NCBI GenBank assembly: GCA_021432655.1
Contig: MU271545.1
Coordinates: 1 to 46,698 of the forward strand
Reading direction: 5' to 3'
DNA: 46,698 nucleotides
Origin: Atractiella rhizophila
Taxonomy: Eukaryota
How positions within the stretch are numbered: the stretch's first letter is position 1; each line of letters opens with the position of its first letter. Position numbers and translations under genes: made by a program. Below are positions 12,132 to 24,478 of this stretch, piece after piece. The notes below the pieces were generated by a model. The model ran no database searches. It was not told the origin of the DNA and saw only the letters and a list, made by a program, of their open reading frames with translations.

Positions 12132-13827
12132 ACATCGTCCAAAGAGACTGAATAAGGAGATTTCGCCGCAACATCAATAGGAAGTCGTCTGTCCACAACG
12201 TAAGTCAGAAAACAAATGGAAGAAATGAGATGAGAAGGTAATTGGTAATGACGAAAATTTTTATAATATGATGAGAAATCGGTTGGATAAGAAACTGATA
12301 AAGGAGAAGAAGAAGGACCGGGACAATTTCCAAAGCAAGGCTGTTCAGAAGAAATATTAGAAGAAGAAGCAAGTCGTGAATCAACATGATTGGGAATCGT
12401 AGGTGAAACAAAGAACGCAGATAGTCTTGGATTAGCAGTAGTAGGGGAAGGCGTCCACATGGACTCATTGTGTGGATGGTCAGGATCTTGAAGAAATTCG
12501 AAAGCGATATACTGTTCATCTGTGTATGTGGCTAAGGCCTCTTTGAACGATTTTTCTCCATCAACTGCATATGCAGCTTTTGAGAGAAAGTGTGGTTCGC
12601 TTTCTACGAGTGGATTCTCAGCAGTATATCCTGGAATGTAAAGAGGATGTTCCTCCAAGTGTCTGCTGGTAGAAGGTTGAGGAATCTCCCATCTACGTTG
12701 CTCATAATCTGAGCGCCGGCGATCAATCGGGGGAAGATCGTGTTGGATAATCTTGGTCCGATTGGGTGAGAAAGGAGCATTGGTCTGGATGTTCCCAGTG
12801 GGCAGAGGGGCATCGTCGTATGAAAATACCTGTGGTCCCGTAGTTGGAGGGCACTGGTACTAGGAATGTTGGCATTGTACCGTCGGGAATTCATGTATCT
12901 AGAGCGTCCCATAGGAGGGAATTGTCTGTCGAGCCCAGTCACAAAAGCGCTAACGCTCTGTGCTCTCGAAAATGATGTAGACCCAGTCGATATCTCGTCC
13001 TCCAGTTGGTGCCGCACTCCACGGGAGCGGGCTACCTTCTTCAGGCGCTCGAAGCACACTGCCAGGTTGTTACGAGGCACTTTCGATTCATCCAAGGCCA
13101 CATCCCTCCATTCCGCTTCCAGAGCATTGACAAAGATTAAGAAACGAACCGGTTCTGAGTCAACGTATTGGGAGTCTGCTGCCAAAAGGGCAGCGTAAGA
13201 GTTGTTCCACATCATGATAAATTCTGCTATTGATTGGCATCCTGAGTTCGCTTGAGATAGTTTAGCAAAGGTACCCCAGGCAGAGTGAGCAATGATGGAG
13301 TGGGATGTGCCACAAACAGAGCGAAGTTTCACAACAATCGATGTTGCAAGTTTCTTGTCCGGAGCAATTTTGTCCTGAGCCGAAATATCCATGTTCGCGC
13401 GCAGGACAGCAATGGCATTCGCATTTCCAGCATCCCATTCAATTACGTTCATTTCCCAAGCTCTTTTCGTGGCTTCAGACGCATCGTCCCCAGGATAAAC
13501 GGGTTTCTGTCGTATGAATCCATCGTCTGGTTTCTGATCAAGGCAATATCGATAAACTTTTAGACTCTTGAGTCCAGGAACAAATCACTTTCCACCATCG
13601 TTCAAACCCGACCCTCGAAATGGAAGGTATGTTGTCGATGATGTGGTCACCACCACCACCAACCACCATACAGAGGCATTCCCGGACCCTCCATGGGGAC
13701 TGAAGAAGTAGAAGAAGAAGGTGCAGACAGAGTTAAAGGCTTGGTGACTGAAGAGATAGCTGGAGAAGGAAATCGTGTGGGTGATGATTCGTCAGGTACA
13801 TTGAGATTTCGCTGATTACTGATATGG

Positions 13828-14317
13828 TGTTAGGGCTAACACTATGTGCGGTCGCCGATAAGCGATGCGTCTGTAGTGGAGGTAAACCTAAGGGAATAAT
13901 ATGGCATGAGAAGACTAACCTGTAGTGGAGGTAAACCTAAGAGAATACTCTGAGGTCACCACCACTACATCTCGATGTATATATACATATGTAAAAGCAC
14001 TGCCATAAACTGTATCATAAGTTTCTTGAAACATGTAAGATAGCTAGATCAGGAAAGCAATAAAAGGAAAACTCGGAAATAAGACCTACTGAGCAGTACA
14101 AGTGAGAAAGGACAATAAAGCAATAATGGAGACGGTGCAGACCGGCGAAATGTATAAGGTTTGCTGAGCGGCGATTCGTGTGAGACAGGGGAAGGCGGCG
14201 ATCAGCGAGAACGTGAGCAAAGCGGCGATGGGCAGGCGCGTGGTCCTATGGCATGGTAAAGTGGGTCACGTGACTTCAGATGGTGCATTTCGGTAATGCG
14301 TAGGGGCAAGCCTGACA
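13828..14317 (+). mobile_element. Solo-LTR-like element (490 bp) inserted near the start of copia gag
   Basis: TG...CA ends; TSD TATGG at 13823-13827 and 14318-14322. Confidence 0.94.
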
Positions 14318-14364
14318 TATGGGGAGGTGACCGTCTAATGGGGTAGGGTAACGTTGTGACATTC

Positions 14365-14499
14365 GAAATCGGAGTGGAAAAGGAAAAAAAAATTGATTCT
14401 TGGAATTGATCCGGATTCCTATCCGGTTATGACATCAGAAATCGGAGTGGAAAAGGAAAAAAAAATTGATTCTTGGAATTGATCCGGATTCCTTTCCGG
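14365..14499. repeat. Tandem duplication (73-bp period) in the copia 5' leader
   Basis: gaaatcggagtggaaaaggaaaaaaaaattgattcttggaattgatccggattcct(a/t)tccgg occurs at 14365 and 14438. Confidence 0.95.
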
Positions 14500-14511
14500 C
14501 TCTCGCTACCA
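14498..14511 (-). promoter_or_regulatory. Primer-binding site, probably for tRNA-iMet
   Basis: TGGTAGCGAGAGCC on the minus strand directly after the 5' LTR. TGGTAGC is complementary to an initiator-tRNA-type 3' end. Confidence 0.8.
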
Positions 14512-14632
14512 TGTGCGCTGGACCTGGTCCACAGCAGATGGTGGTCAAATCGCTGTGGAACCAGAATGTGACCCTAACCTTAAGTGTAGAATAGAAGGGG
14601 ACCGAGTGAACGAGAGAGCTCATGCTATCACA
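14512..14632 (-). repeat. 5' LTR of the copia element (121 bp)
   Basis: TGTGATAGC...GCGCACA on the minus strand, followed by the PBS. Confidence 0.92.
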
Positions 14633-16055
14633 TTCAGAACCTAGAATCTATTAAAATACAAGAATTTTTAGTAGAACCCATTGACTTAAAGCAAGGAAAT
14701 TGACGTACCCCATCCTGTCTGTACATACGTCAAAGACAGGCACCTGCAAGACAAACAACCTATTTCACTGCAACATCAACCAAATTACGTACTTTCCCGC
14801 AACGCATAACTCCACAACCATGTTTTTAATTCAATCAGAACAAGGAAAAGCAGACAAAGGCCAATTCAAGATAGAACAAGGACCAATAGAAACTCCATGT
14901 TAACCTTAAATAAGAAGACAATGGTGATTGAACAAGATAGAAAATGTGGGCAAGATATAAGGAAATAGGGCAACGAAGGATTTAGGGAAGGATGTAGGAG
15001 ATCAGAGGCTGATGACGGAAAGGAGGTGGAGCTAGGTGGAGCGCTGGAGGAAGGGAAAAGCTATAAAGGGGAAAGTTTAGATGGAAATAGCATTCCTCAC
15101 TCGTACTGTGAGCATCCTACACTTTTGTTTGACTTCATACTTATTTCTCTCGTCCCCAGGTGCTTGCTTAGTGTACTTTGGGTCAATTATAGTGTTGAAA
15201 AGTGTATTTTCCGTTGCAAAACCACTAGTTGCTGTTCTAGTTCTTTTTCACTGAGCTGCTTCGGTGTTTGCCCACCAAACGTTTATTCCCAACTTCGAAC
15301 TCTCCCTCTAGTCCGGGATAAGTGACTTCAAAATGCACCTATCAGAGTAGAAGAATGCTATACTAGATAGGGACCAAGTGATCTATCTTTCAACATGGAG
15401 AGATACTAGAAGATATTATCCCAGCCAAAAAGACTAAAGCGAATGTTGGTGTCAATGACACACTATCTCAACAAGAAGACCTGAAGGTTTTTCTTGAGGC
15501 ACAAGTATGTCATGGGCCTTCGTCCCTCAGGCCCTCCAATCCACTTACATGGAGCATAGCCCCTTGAACCCTACTACAACCCTTGTAAGGGTTCAAGGCC
15601 AGTATGAAACACATTTTTTGACCTCTGCAAAATAAAGTTTCCTTGCAGATTCAGAAAGGTACAAGTATATGCAATAAGGTGGCATAATTTATTTCATTGT
15701 GCCAGGTGAGGGAGGTACAATGTTCAAAAGTGTGTTTTATGACTCATGCCAAGAATTGGTGAATCTTAGAGCATATGATCAAAGTAGCTTGACATCAACT
15801 CAGACCTAACATCTAAACAAAGGAAAGCAATGCAGCATATGATAATTCATAACAGGAAAGCATTGACTTACGGCTTTCTATTCTGTGGAGAGATGTGAGA
15901 TGCTAATTTCGTTATCACACAGGAGATAGTCATCCTATCTCTTTGCCTCCCTATAGATCATTACCAGCAGGCAGAGAGTTTATAGAGCAAGTAACTCTAC
16001 ATGGGTGACTCTAGTTGTTATTACATTTTCTAGTGGAAAGGTACACTTTATGACA

Positions 16056-16503
16056 GATTATTGAAAAGTTAATGCTGTCACAAAAGCAGATCAATACCCT
16101 TTACCATGGAATGACGATATCCTTGAGCAGTTTTCCAGCATGTCATGGCTCAAACCATGATGCAATGAAATGCTTCCATCAGCTACTAATTATACATCAA
16201 GAAGATAGAGAAAAAACCTGTGTGCTCCTATCACAAAATCACTCAAAAAGGAGACTAACTTCTAGTGGACAGAAGAATATCAACAGTCTTTTGAAATGTT
16301 GCTTCAGGTCCTGTACCAGTACTTGCTCATCTAGACTATGGCAAGTCATCCATTATTTTATACCGATGCCTCAACTATCGGATTAGGAGTTATTCATGCT
16401 GTGGAAGGGAAAGAACACCTCATCATGTATTTCTCTCGGCAGCTTACCTCAGCTGAGACAAACTACAACACATCTTAACTTGAGTGTCTTGCGATTATAT
16501 GGG
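16056..16503 (+). pseudogene. Degenerate Ty3/gypsy RT and RNase H fragment
   Basis: DY*KVNAVTKADQYPLP, PVLAHLDYGKSSIIYTDASTIGLG and EHLIMYFSRQLTSAETNYNTS*LECLAIIWG. Confidence 0.88.
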
Positions 16504-19194
16504 GATCAAGGGAACTCATACCAGCCATCAAAGGATGACAAATAAATTAACCTGACTTACAAGTGGTATATTGTTAGAGGGGCAAGAGGTCATAAATTTC
16601 TGATCTCTCATCAGCGTAGTGGGAAGAATTTTGAACAAGAATGGAAGAGAGTGGTGGATTGTCGATAGAGGGAAAACAGAAACGCAACCTGTGTTTGTTG
16701 ATGAGTTTGAGCAACCTTTCTAGTATTGTATCAATAGTGCATACCATTCTAGAGTCCTCTTTTTACTGGGTTCCCAAAGAAATAAGAAACCGGATTATTA
16801 GGAGGAAACTGAAAACTGGAATATGTGTTGCAGTAACAAACAGAGTTGGATGATCAACAGGAAGAGACAGTTCTTCCTATTCCACTGAACAGACGAAGGA
16901 TGACTCTGAGCCAGCAACTCAGAGACATGAAATTTTATCCTCAGGATAGCAACTTGATCTGGCCTTTCCGGATCATTTGACAGATCTAGTCAAGGATGTT
17001 GTGACATACCGAGACATTTTCCTCAAGGTAGCTTGGTTAACTTAAGAGCTGACAACAGATTGCTCCTTGTGTTCCTTTGGGACCTTTTCAAAATACACCT
17101 TGCACTGTGCTAACTTCAGATACATTGAGCAGGGTGGTAGACTACCTTTGACTTAATATATAATATACATCCTGGTGAATGAACGGTATTAAGTCAAAGG
17201 TAGAAAGCCTCCAATTTTTCTCTAGTACCCCAACAAAAGTCAGGATGTGTTACTTCAATAGAGAAGATACTCTCACCTACTTTTCCTTCACCTTCACTAT
17301 GAGAAGGTGTGTACCACATTTAATCTGGACGTTTTCAGGAATATCTGCAAATTATGATCTCAGCTAAATAACAAGCTGATTTGGGCTTCATCAATCAGCT
17401 GGTCTTCCTCATTAGTGATGACCTCCAGGACCTGAGGCACAATCAATATTACCTCCTCTCTTACCCACAATAAATGATGAACAACTCACTTTGACTGTGG
17501 CAGACATATTCATCTTCTTTGTCCTACCCTTCTTGCTCTTCTTCTTGCCCTTTCTAACATCTTTCCCTCCATCTTTGTCAGATACTTCTAACAAACTCAG
17601 CTCATCTGCAGGGGGACCTTCAGGGGGACCTTCTATGATAAGGTCTTCATCTTTGTTGAAAAGAGAATGGTTTGATTTGTCCTCTTTCTCTATCTTAAAG
17701 GTGATGTGGTTGGATTCGTTCGACAACCTCTGTTTCTTCAACATCCTATTCTCGCTCAATTCAATCATTCTTTTCTTCTCCCTTGCTTTGTGAAACGGAA
17801 CATTATCTGAGTCTGAACTTAGATGTGTTAGAGATTTAGAAGCCAAAAACTACCATCTATTTCCAAATCCTCCAATCCAGAGGGAAAGGGTCTATCCTAA
17901 TTGGAACATGCAGCTAGAATTAGAAACAACCTGACAGGGCAGGCTGGTGGTGAACTCACATGAGTAAACATGCTTGTGTCCTTGCTCTGATGAGTGGTTC
18001 AAACCATTTTGTTAATCATAAGCCATATGTCTTACAAAGATAATCTTTGAATATGAACTATGTAAGAAATAGGAAATGACTGGAAAATATTTTCTATTGG
18101 TGTAATGGTTCTTAGTGAGAGGTTGTACAAGTTGCAAGTGGTGGTGGTGGTGGTTGATCTCTAATTTTGCCTTTGTACATACATTTAGCTACCACATAGG
18201 AAGGCAGAGGTAAGGAGGAGAGAACGTCTTTTATGTCTTTTCATGCAGTTATGATGTTTTGAAGTTTATGGATGTATAGACCTGTCTTTCCTGGAACTTC
18301 CTATTCTGGAAACACAAGTAATAATGACAATTTTACATCAAAAATTATGACAAAGAAGGCTTTATTGCAGGCTAAGACTTGGTATGTATCTAAGGTTGAT
18401 AAACAATGTATGGAGAAACCTTACTTGTACTCTTTGTCAAACCAGGAACAAAGCAGACAGATAAGAGCTTAATTGAAATAATTGAAAGCTCTGACAAGTG
18501 TCTTTCAGCCATCTAAATTTCATCAAGTCTCGTTAAGTAGTTAGACATAAAACAAGAAAAACAGCGGATATGTAGCATCAACAGAGACCATTTTTAAAAA
18601 TTGATCATAATTTCGCCAAATTTCAACAAGAATAAGGCCATCCAAGGCTTTGTTTAAAGCTCTAAGTGAGCTCTACTCAGCCATCACATTTGGCTTAAGC
18701 TTAGAACGTTACTACAAATCCCAAAAACACCCTGATTATTTAAAAATGATAAACCATGATATTTCCTTTAAATTGATAATAATCTCTTTGTAACTAAGAC
18801 AACACTAGCCTCTGAGACTCCCATTATCCAGAGGTTCTATCCTCCTTAGGACCCAATGATCAGTTTTATAGAAAAAAGTGAGAAAAAGTGACTTTGTAGG
18901 AGTTATTATAATGGAATATAATAGTAATAGAATACGCTAGATATAGAGGTCTACCACAACATTTAGAATGATAGTAAGGTAAAAAATGAGGAAGATGGAA
19001 GACCTGTCTATTGGCTAATGCTCGAGGCTTCATACATTATAGGAGAGGAACCTTCTGGAACATCTTAGAGCAGTCTAGGACACTACTCTGAAATATGGTA
19101 GAATAGCCTAGAACATTCTCTGAATAACCTTAACTGCCATTGCCTAGAGCGTTTAGAATATTCTAGAACAATTTTGCAACCACATAAAAGGAGC

Positions 19195-19373
19195 TCAAAC
19201 GAGCACTCACATTCCAGAGACCGGACTAACACCTCTGCAACCAATCTTCAAACCTCTTCTTGTATACATTTCATCTTTTATTGGTTGCAGAGGTGTTAGT
19301 CCGGTCTCTGGAATATGCTGAAGGAGTAAAATGGTTGGAATGTCCTGAAAGAATCATTAGAGTGCTCGTTTGA
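19195..19373. repeat. Inverted repeat: perfect 35-bp arms plus outer 14-bp arms
   Basis: 19211-19245 is the exact reverse complement of 19280-19314, and 19195-19208 of 19360-19373. Confidence 0.95.
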
Positions 19374-20694
19374 AGTACTTCTTTGGATAATATAAGGATT
19401 GCCAACAACCAACAGCATTAAGTCTTGTACCTAGCTTACTTACAAAATCATTGTTGTGTAAACCTAGTATGAAAGAGGTCAAAGAATATAAACTTTGTAA
19501 AGTTTAGTCGTGAAAGCTTCTAACCTTTACATGTCGTCTCGTCTAAGTCCTTTCCATGCTAAGACTGCTTGGCATGCTGCTCACATCCCCTGGACCACTT
19601 CCAAGGTACAAGCTGCCTCTTTGAAATGCTTGCTGCTATCAAAACTGGTAGCAATGTTTCTCGATAGAACTCTTTTTAAAGATCAAACCAAAATTCACAA
19701 GCTTCATAACAGTCGTTCACTCATTTCTTCAGGGCGATTTTGGTCAGCACGGGGGTGAAGGCTGTTCTTCTCCTAGTAGACGACGGAAGAAAGAAACATT
19801 ATGATCCTGACCATGGGCAGGATTTATTTATGCTCATCATCTACATCAGATAACTGGGAGAGTATTTGGGGAGTGAAGCAAACTCTTTGATTGGATGCCG
19901 TTGAAGGTAATTGGAGCATCCAGGATGCCTTCAGCGGTCCCGTCCAAATTTGAATACATGATGTAGACGATATGACAGATAGTCTTCTTCAAACATTCTT
20001 GACCTTCGTATAGCTTGACAAAATTGGCAAGAAAAAAAAGGGATTTCCATACGATACAGCTCTTGATATCCAATCCCTTTGATATAATGATCTGATACTT
20101 TTCCAACTCCCTTGCCGAATGATAGCACTGTTAGATAAGGAAGCTTCATCCTAAGGTGAGTACCATGAAATGATAGTCGCATCTGGAGGAGGCTGTTCAA
20201 GTTTTCCTGAATAGTTTTCCTGAATATCTTCATGACCAGGAGTAATAAATATAGGAGCCCCTAGTCTTGCTTTTTGTATCACCCTTGCTTGGAAACTTCT
20301 AACTCAGCTTTCTTCCCTCATTGTACTGATGGCTCATTAAAAATCAACCTGAGCCTTTTTACTAAAAGAATGATAGAATCTATCTTATTCTGTTGTGTAG
20401 CAATTCAAAAACACTTTGAACGGGTCTACATTATAGAGGGAATTGTAAATATCAGATCGAACTCATCAAACATCTTCTAGTGTGATGAAAGGGGCGTGAT
20501 TTGACCATTTCTAACCTTGACCTGGTGTTCGTTGAATCTACACAGGTATCAATGAAGATGTAACATTTGCTTGCATTGAAGGTACCAGTCTGGTCCAATA
20601 GATTAAACACTATTAAGATGGTTATCCATCATTCATAACCTCCTCCCATCCACTAGGTCCATCTGGTCTCACTCGAAGTCACCATCTTCTCCAT

Positions 20695-21060
20695 AAGGTC
20701 ACCACCACTACATCTTGATGTATATATACATATGTAAAGGCACTGCCATAAACTGAAACATATGTTTCTTGAAACACGTAAGATAACTAGATCAGGAAAG
20801 TAATAAAGGGAATACTCAGAAATAAGATATACTGAGCAGTACTAGTGAGAAAGGATAATAAGGCGAAAATGGAGACAGTGCTGACCGGCGAAAATGTATA
20901 AGGTTTGCTGAGCGGCGATTTGTGTGAGAAAGCGGAAAGCAGGGATAGTGCGGGCATGAGCAAAGCGGCGATAGGTAAGCACATAATCCTATGACGTGGT
21001 AAAGTAGGTCACGTGACTTTAGATGGTGCATTTCGGTAATGCGTAGGAGCAAGCCTGACA
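20695..21060 (+). mobile_element. 5'-truncated copy of the 490-bp solo-LTR family
   Basis: Matches the 3' ~365 bp of the family and ends GCCTGACA. Confidence 0.9.
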
Positions 21061-21240
21061 GGAGGCTGCTTACAGCTGTATTAAAAAATCCATCCCTAGG
21101 CATCAATTGCACATTCTATGAATATAGTGTAAGTCAAAAGGAAGAGATATCATCTTGTGACTTTGAGGAAGAAAAAAAAGAGTGGTAAAAGCTAGAAAAA
21201 CTACCAGGGTACAAGCATTACTTGCTAATAAAGAGAGACA

Positions 21241-21805
21241 GCAGACACTGGAGCCATTGCTCCTATGATATCTCATCATTTGTTTCAAAATGATGATCAG
21301 AAACATTGCATCCATCATCCATTCCAAAAGAAAAGAATCTATATATTCCTGCTTAAAACAACCTACCAAGCCAATAGTTATCAGAAATATATTTTATATC
21401 CCAAAGTTAAAATCAAATCTCCTCTCACTCTTCTCTTTACAGAAATATACAATTGTTATTCTTAAGACTTTATAAAGTTCTTAAGAAAAGGAAAGATTTG
21501 GTTCACAGTAATAATGAAGAACAAGGTCGCCACTTATGGAATGACCAACACTGAATTCTTTAAATCTTACACAAATAGAAGCCAAGGCTCAGTTACTTTA
21601 GATTCAAAACAACAATGTCTTTTCCCACATTATTTTCCAGCAAAGGATTACAAGTTCTTAAGCTAGTTCATATCAATCTGAAGGAAGGCCCTTTAGGATT
21701 AGAAGAGAAGTCCGATATTGGATGAGATTTATAGCTGACTATTCCTGATACCATGGATTTACCTCTCCTGAAAGAAAAGATTTTTGAGACTTTAACACAA
21801 TGGCA
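21241..21805 (+). pseudogene. Degenerate copia protease and integrase fragment
   Basis: ADTGAIAPM, IRNIFYIPKLKSNLLSL and VLKLVHINL...RYWMRFIADYS...WIYL, with stops and frameshifts. Confidence 0.75.
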
Positions 21806-21824
21806 GATATGTAGACCAGACAGG

Positions 21825-22809
21825 CTTTGAGGTATTATGGTTGTAAATGGTCATAAGGCTTCTTTCATAATCTATAACAGCATTTGGAGCATTTTTTAGG
21901 TTTTTCAAGTGTCTTCTGTGAGGATTTGGCACTCTGCGTTGAGCAGCATTTGTGTCACTTCCATTTGGACTCTTAGTCTTTTACCAGTTTTGCTTCCTTA
22001 CAGGTTATATATATCCTGCTGAGCTGCTTAAGATATAAAAAGCCCGTTAATATTTTGTTGTAGTACATTTCTTTCAGACCTTGGAATCAACAAATGGTAG
22101 TGAGAGCAGTTCAATTTACAAGCACCAACCACTCATAGCCACTTGATCAGCACAACCATGTCCACTCCAACCTTAACTCTCTGATTCAGTCTATTTCCAA
22201 GCTTATGGAAACAAATTATTATGACTAGAAATTTGCTGTCTCATTGTTTTGAAGAGAGATGGTTGCTAGGAGGAAGTAAGTGGAGTGGTAGGAGCCTTCC
22301 AAGGAGGAGATGAAGAAACTGAAGAACTGGAAAGATGCGAACGAGGTTGGGCTGACGATCATCAGATTAAGTGTGGATCCATCACAATTCATCTACATCT
22401 GAGATTCAGCTACCAGGATGGCGGCATAGAAGGTTTTGAAAGACAAGCATAAGAAAATCAGCTGCACAAACCATATCACACTTAAACACTGTTTCTATAA
22501 GGCGAAACACAACCCTCGGAGCCAATTGAGTCCTACGTTCAAGAAGTTTCTGCCACTATATCAATTCTCAAATTGATTGGACTCCAGATCTTCAATACCG
22601 ATATTACGGATGTCCTCATTTTTAACCTCATGGAGTACTGGAAGAACGTTGCTGGATCGTTATTGGCAACTAAGGAAGAGTTGTCCATTCAAAATGTTAT
22701 TGGTGCTCTCAGGGATGAGGAAGGGAGACCAAGAGGTTCAGGGGAGTCAAGGGAGGCACTGCTCACTAATGTGGAGAAGGTTCAAGAGGCGCGATCACCC
22801 AAATTTTAA
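21825..22809 (+). mobile_element. 5' part of another copia element: LTR end, PBS and degenerate gag
   Basis: LTR-like end ...TCAACA (22092), then TGGTAGTGAGAGC (22095-22107), then a gag-like frame ETNYYD*KFAV...LTIIRLSVDPSQF...TDVLIFNLMEYWKNV...VIGALRDEE. The left boundary is approximate. Confidence 0.75.
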
Positions 22810-24478
22810 TCCAACCATGGTTCTAAGGATTCCATATTACTAACAGGGAATATCTTTATGTTGGCCTGAAAGTCAATAAGGCAAGAGTTTAATGCTCTTC
22901 CAGTCTGAGAAGATGTCAACATTCAAGTTTTCAGTTGAAAACTTCATTAAGTCTCCTTCTTTAAACACATGTAAACGTTGAGTAGGCTCCTTGTGCTTGG
23001 CTTATTGAAGTGAAGCAAGCTTGAGGCTTTCGTGGGCAGCCAGAAGGTCAAGGTCGAGCTTTCAATAAACTCTTTCGTAGAGGCTACTGTATGTTCTGGT
23101 ACCTATAATAGCTCCAGTGTGATAGGATGAAAACCAGCATCAAGTTTTAAAAGGTGTTTAACTGATTGAGGCATGTATCACGTTGTTATATTCAAACTCA
23201 AGAGAAGGAAGAAGTTCATCCCAATTGTCCTATATGTAGTTGCTATAGTGACAGAGTGCTTCTTTTAACACTTCCGATTGTCCATCCGTTTGAGGGTAAA
23301 AGGCAGTTAAAACTTGAATATGACTCAACATATCTTCTGACATCCTTTGTCACGTTCTTCCAGTACTATGACTGCAACACCAAAGCACTGTCTTTATGTA
23401 CCTAAATTACCCGATGTTTCTGAATTGTGTAATTCCTATACAGTTTCAAAGGAGTGAGAGGAGGAACTAGCTGTGGGAAGGTGAATGAGGTACCAAAGAG
23501 CAACTTGACGGAATCTGATTGCCGTGATTGATAAGGTTGGCACAGGGATGAATGTGTGAGCGAAGGTAGCTTTCATCCTCCGTAAGTATCGTTCACCACT
23601 AAATGCCCAAGTTGCCTATGAAGGTCTAAGCTAGTCTTAATAGTCTACAATGTGGAGGAGAGAGTGAAGAATATTGGACAGGCCACAAGGCGATCATACG
23701 TGTACTGGTTGTAGAGCACTTGGTACTTTACCACCTAGTTTGTTAGTTCTTCCCTCAACTCTGACAGAGATCTTGCTTCTCCATTAAATACTGGACACAT
23801 GGGAGGACTATTGTCCTCCAGTCCAAGAAATGTTGATAGTAAGGCTGCTTTAAATGATCTCAAAGTATAAAAGGTCCGGTAAAGATAACAAAGTTGGCAA
23901 AATCCTCTGTAGTAAGATTCGAACGGTCATCATGAAGGTGGTGAAAGTGCTGTCCAACAGAGGATGGGATCATCTTCATTGCGTTTTCAATGTCCTTTCC
24001 ATCAACACCAATCCTCCTTCGAAATCACATAATCTTCCTTATTATCCTTATCAAACTCCTTCAAGACTCCAAATATGAGCAAGTTCTTAGCCATGTTCTC
24101 AATGGCCAGATGCATAAAGTCCAATATGAAGGACCAGGGAAAGATAATTCTTGTTGTGGCAAGACTCAGAGGATAAAGAGATCATAAACAATCCCCGGCC
24201 AGCAGTCATATTTTCTATATTTGAAGAGCTAGAATCAATCGGAATAGAATCCTAGAGCGATATATCTTGAGCCCTCAAAATGTTGGCATTTCTGTTTCTC
24301 CCCATCAAATCACAACATATCTGCTCTTGAGCCTTTAATAATGCTTGTCATCAAGGAGATTAGATGGCTTCCCTTTCTGATTGTGTGTTTGCTCCAAAAA
24401 AACGTTTGTTCACCCATCTCCTCATTGCCCATTGCTGCCCATAGTTGAGGAATGAGAGGGATATACTTCCACACCTTC

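Larger units (their letters stand above)
11112..12453 (+). repeat. ~323-bp direct duplication of copia internal sequence (11112-11435 and 12132-12453) flanking the nested LTR pair
   Basis: Both copies run acatc(t/g)tccaaagagactg...gtaggggaaggcg, with a few substitutions and small indels. Confidence 0.95.
7433..14362 (-). pseudogene. Copia gag-pol pseudogene (frameshifts, stops, insertions)
   Basis: Protease YVDSAATVSM; GAG-pre-integrase WHTHFGH..CTSC; integrase KIVRSNNGGEF and SGLPLSFWEKAV; RT KARLVARGDRQ, QFDVSNVFLHGDL, with YVDD degraded to HVGD; RNase H FSDSDHAS..SSTEAEYIAL..KHVDVHYHF; in-frame TGA at 7709-7711. Confidence 0.95.
7016..14632 (-). mobile_element. Ty1/copia LTR retrotransposon, full-length but inactivated, with nested insertions
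   Basis: Paired LTRs at 14512-14632 and 7016-7192 (TG...CA); TSD TTCAG at 7011-7015 and 14633-14637; PBS and PPT present; domain order gag-PR-IN-RT-RH. Confidence 0.96.

Noticed and set aside
16560..20690. Short ORFs such as 17412..17846 and 19931..20233 as host genes
   Set aside because: Stop-riddled context inside the TE island with no recognisable domain. Probably decayed TE sequence that I could not classify.
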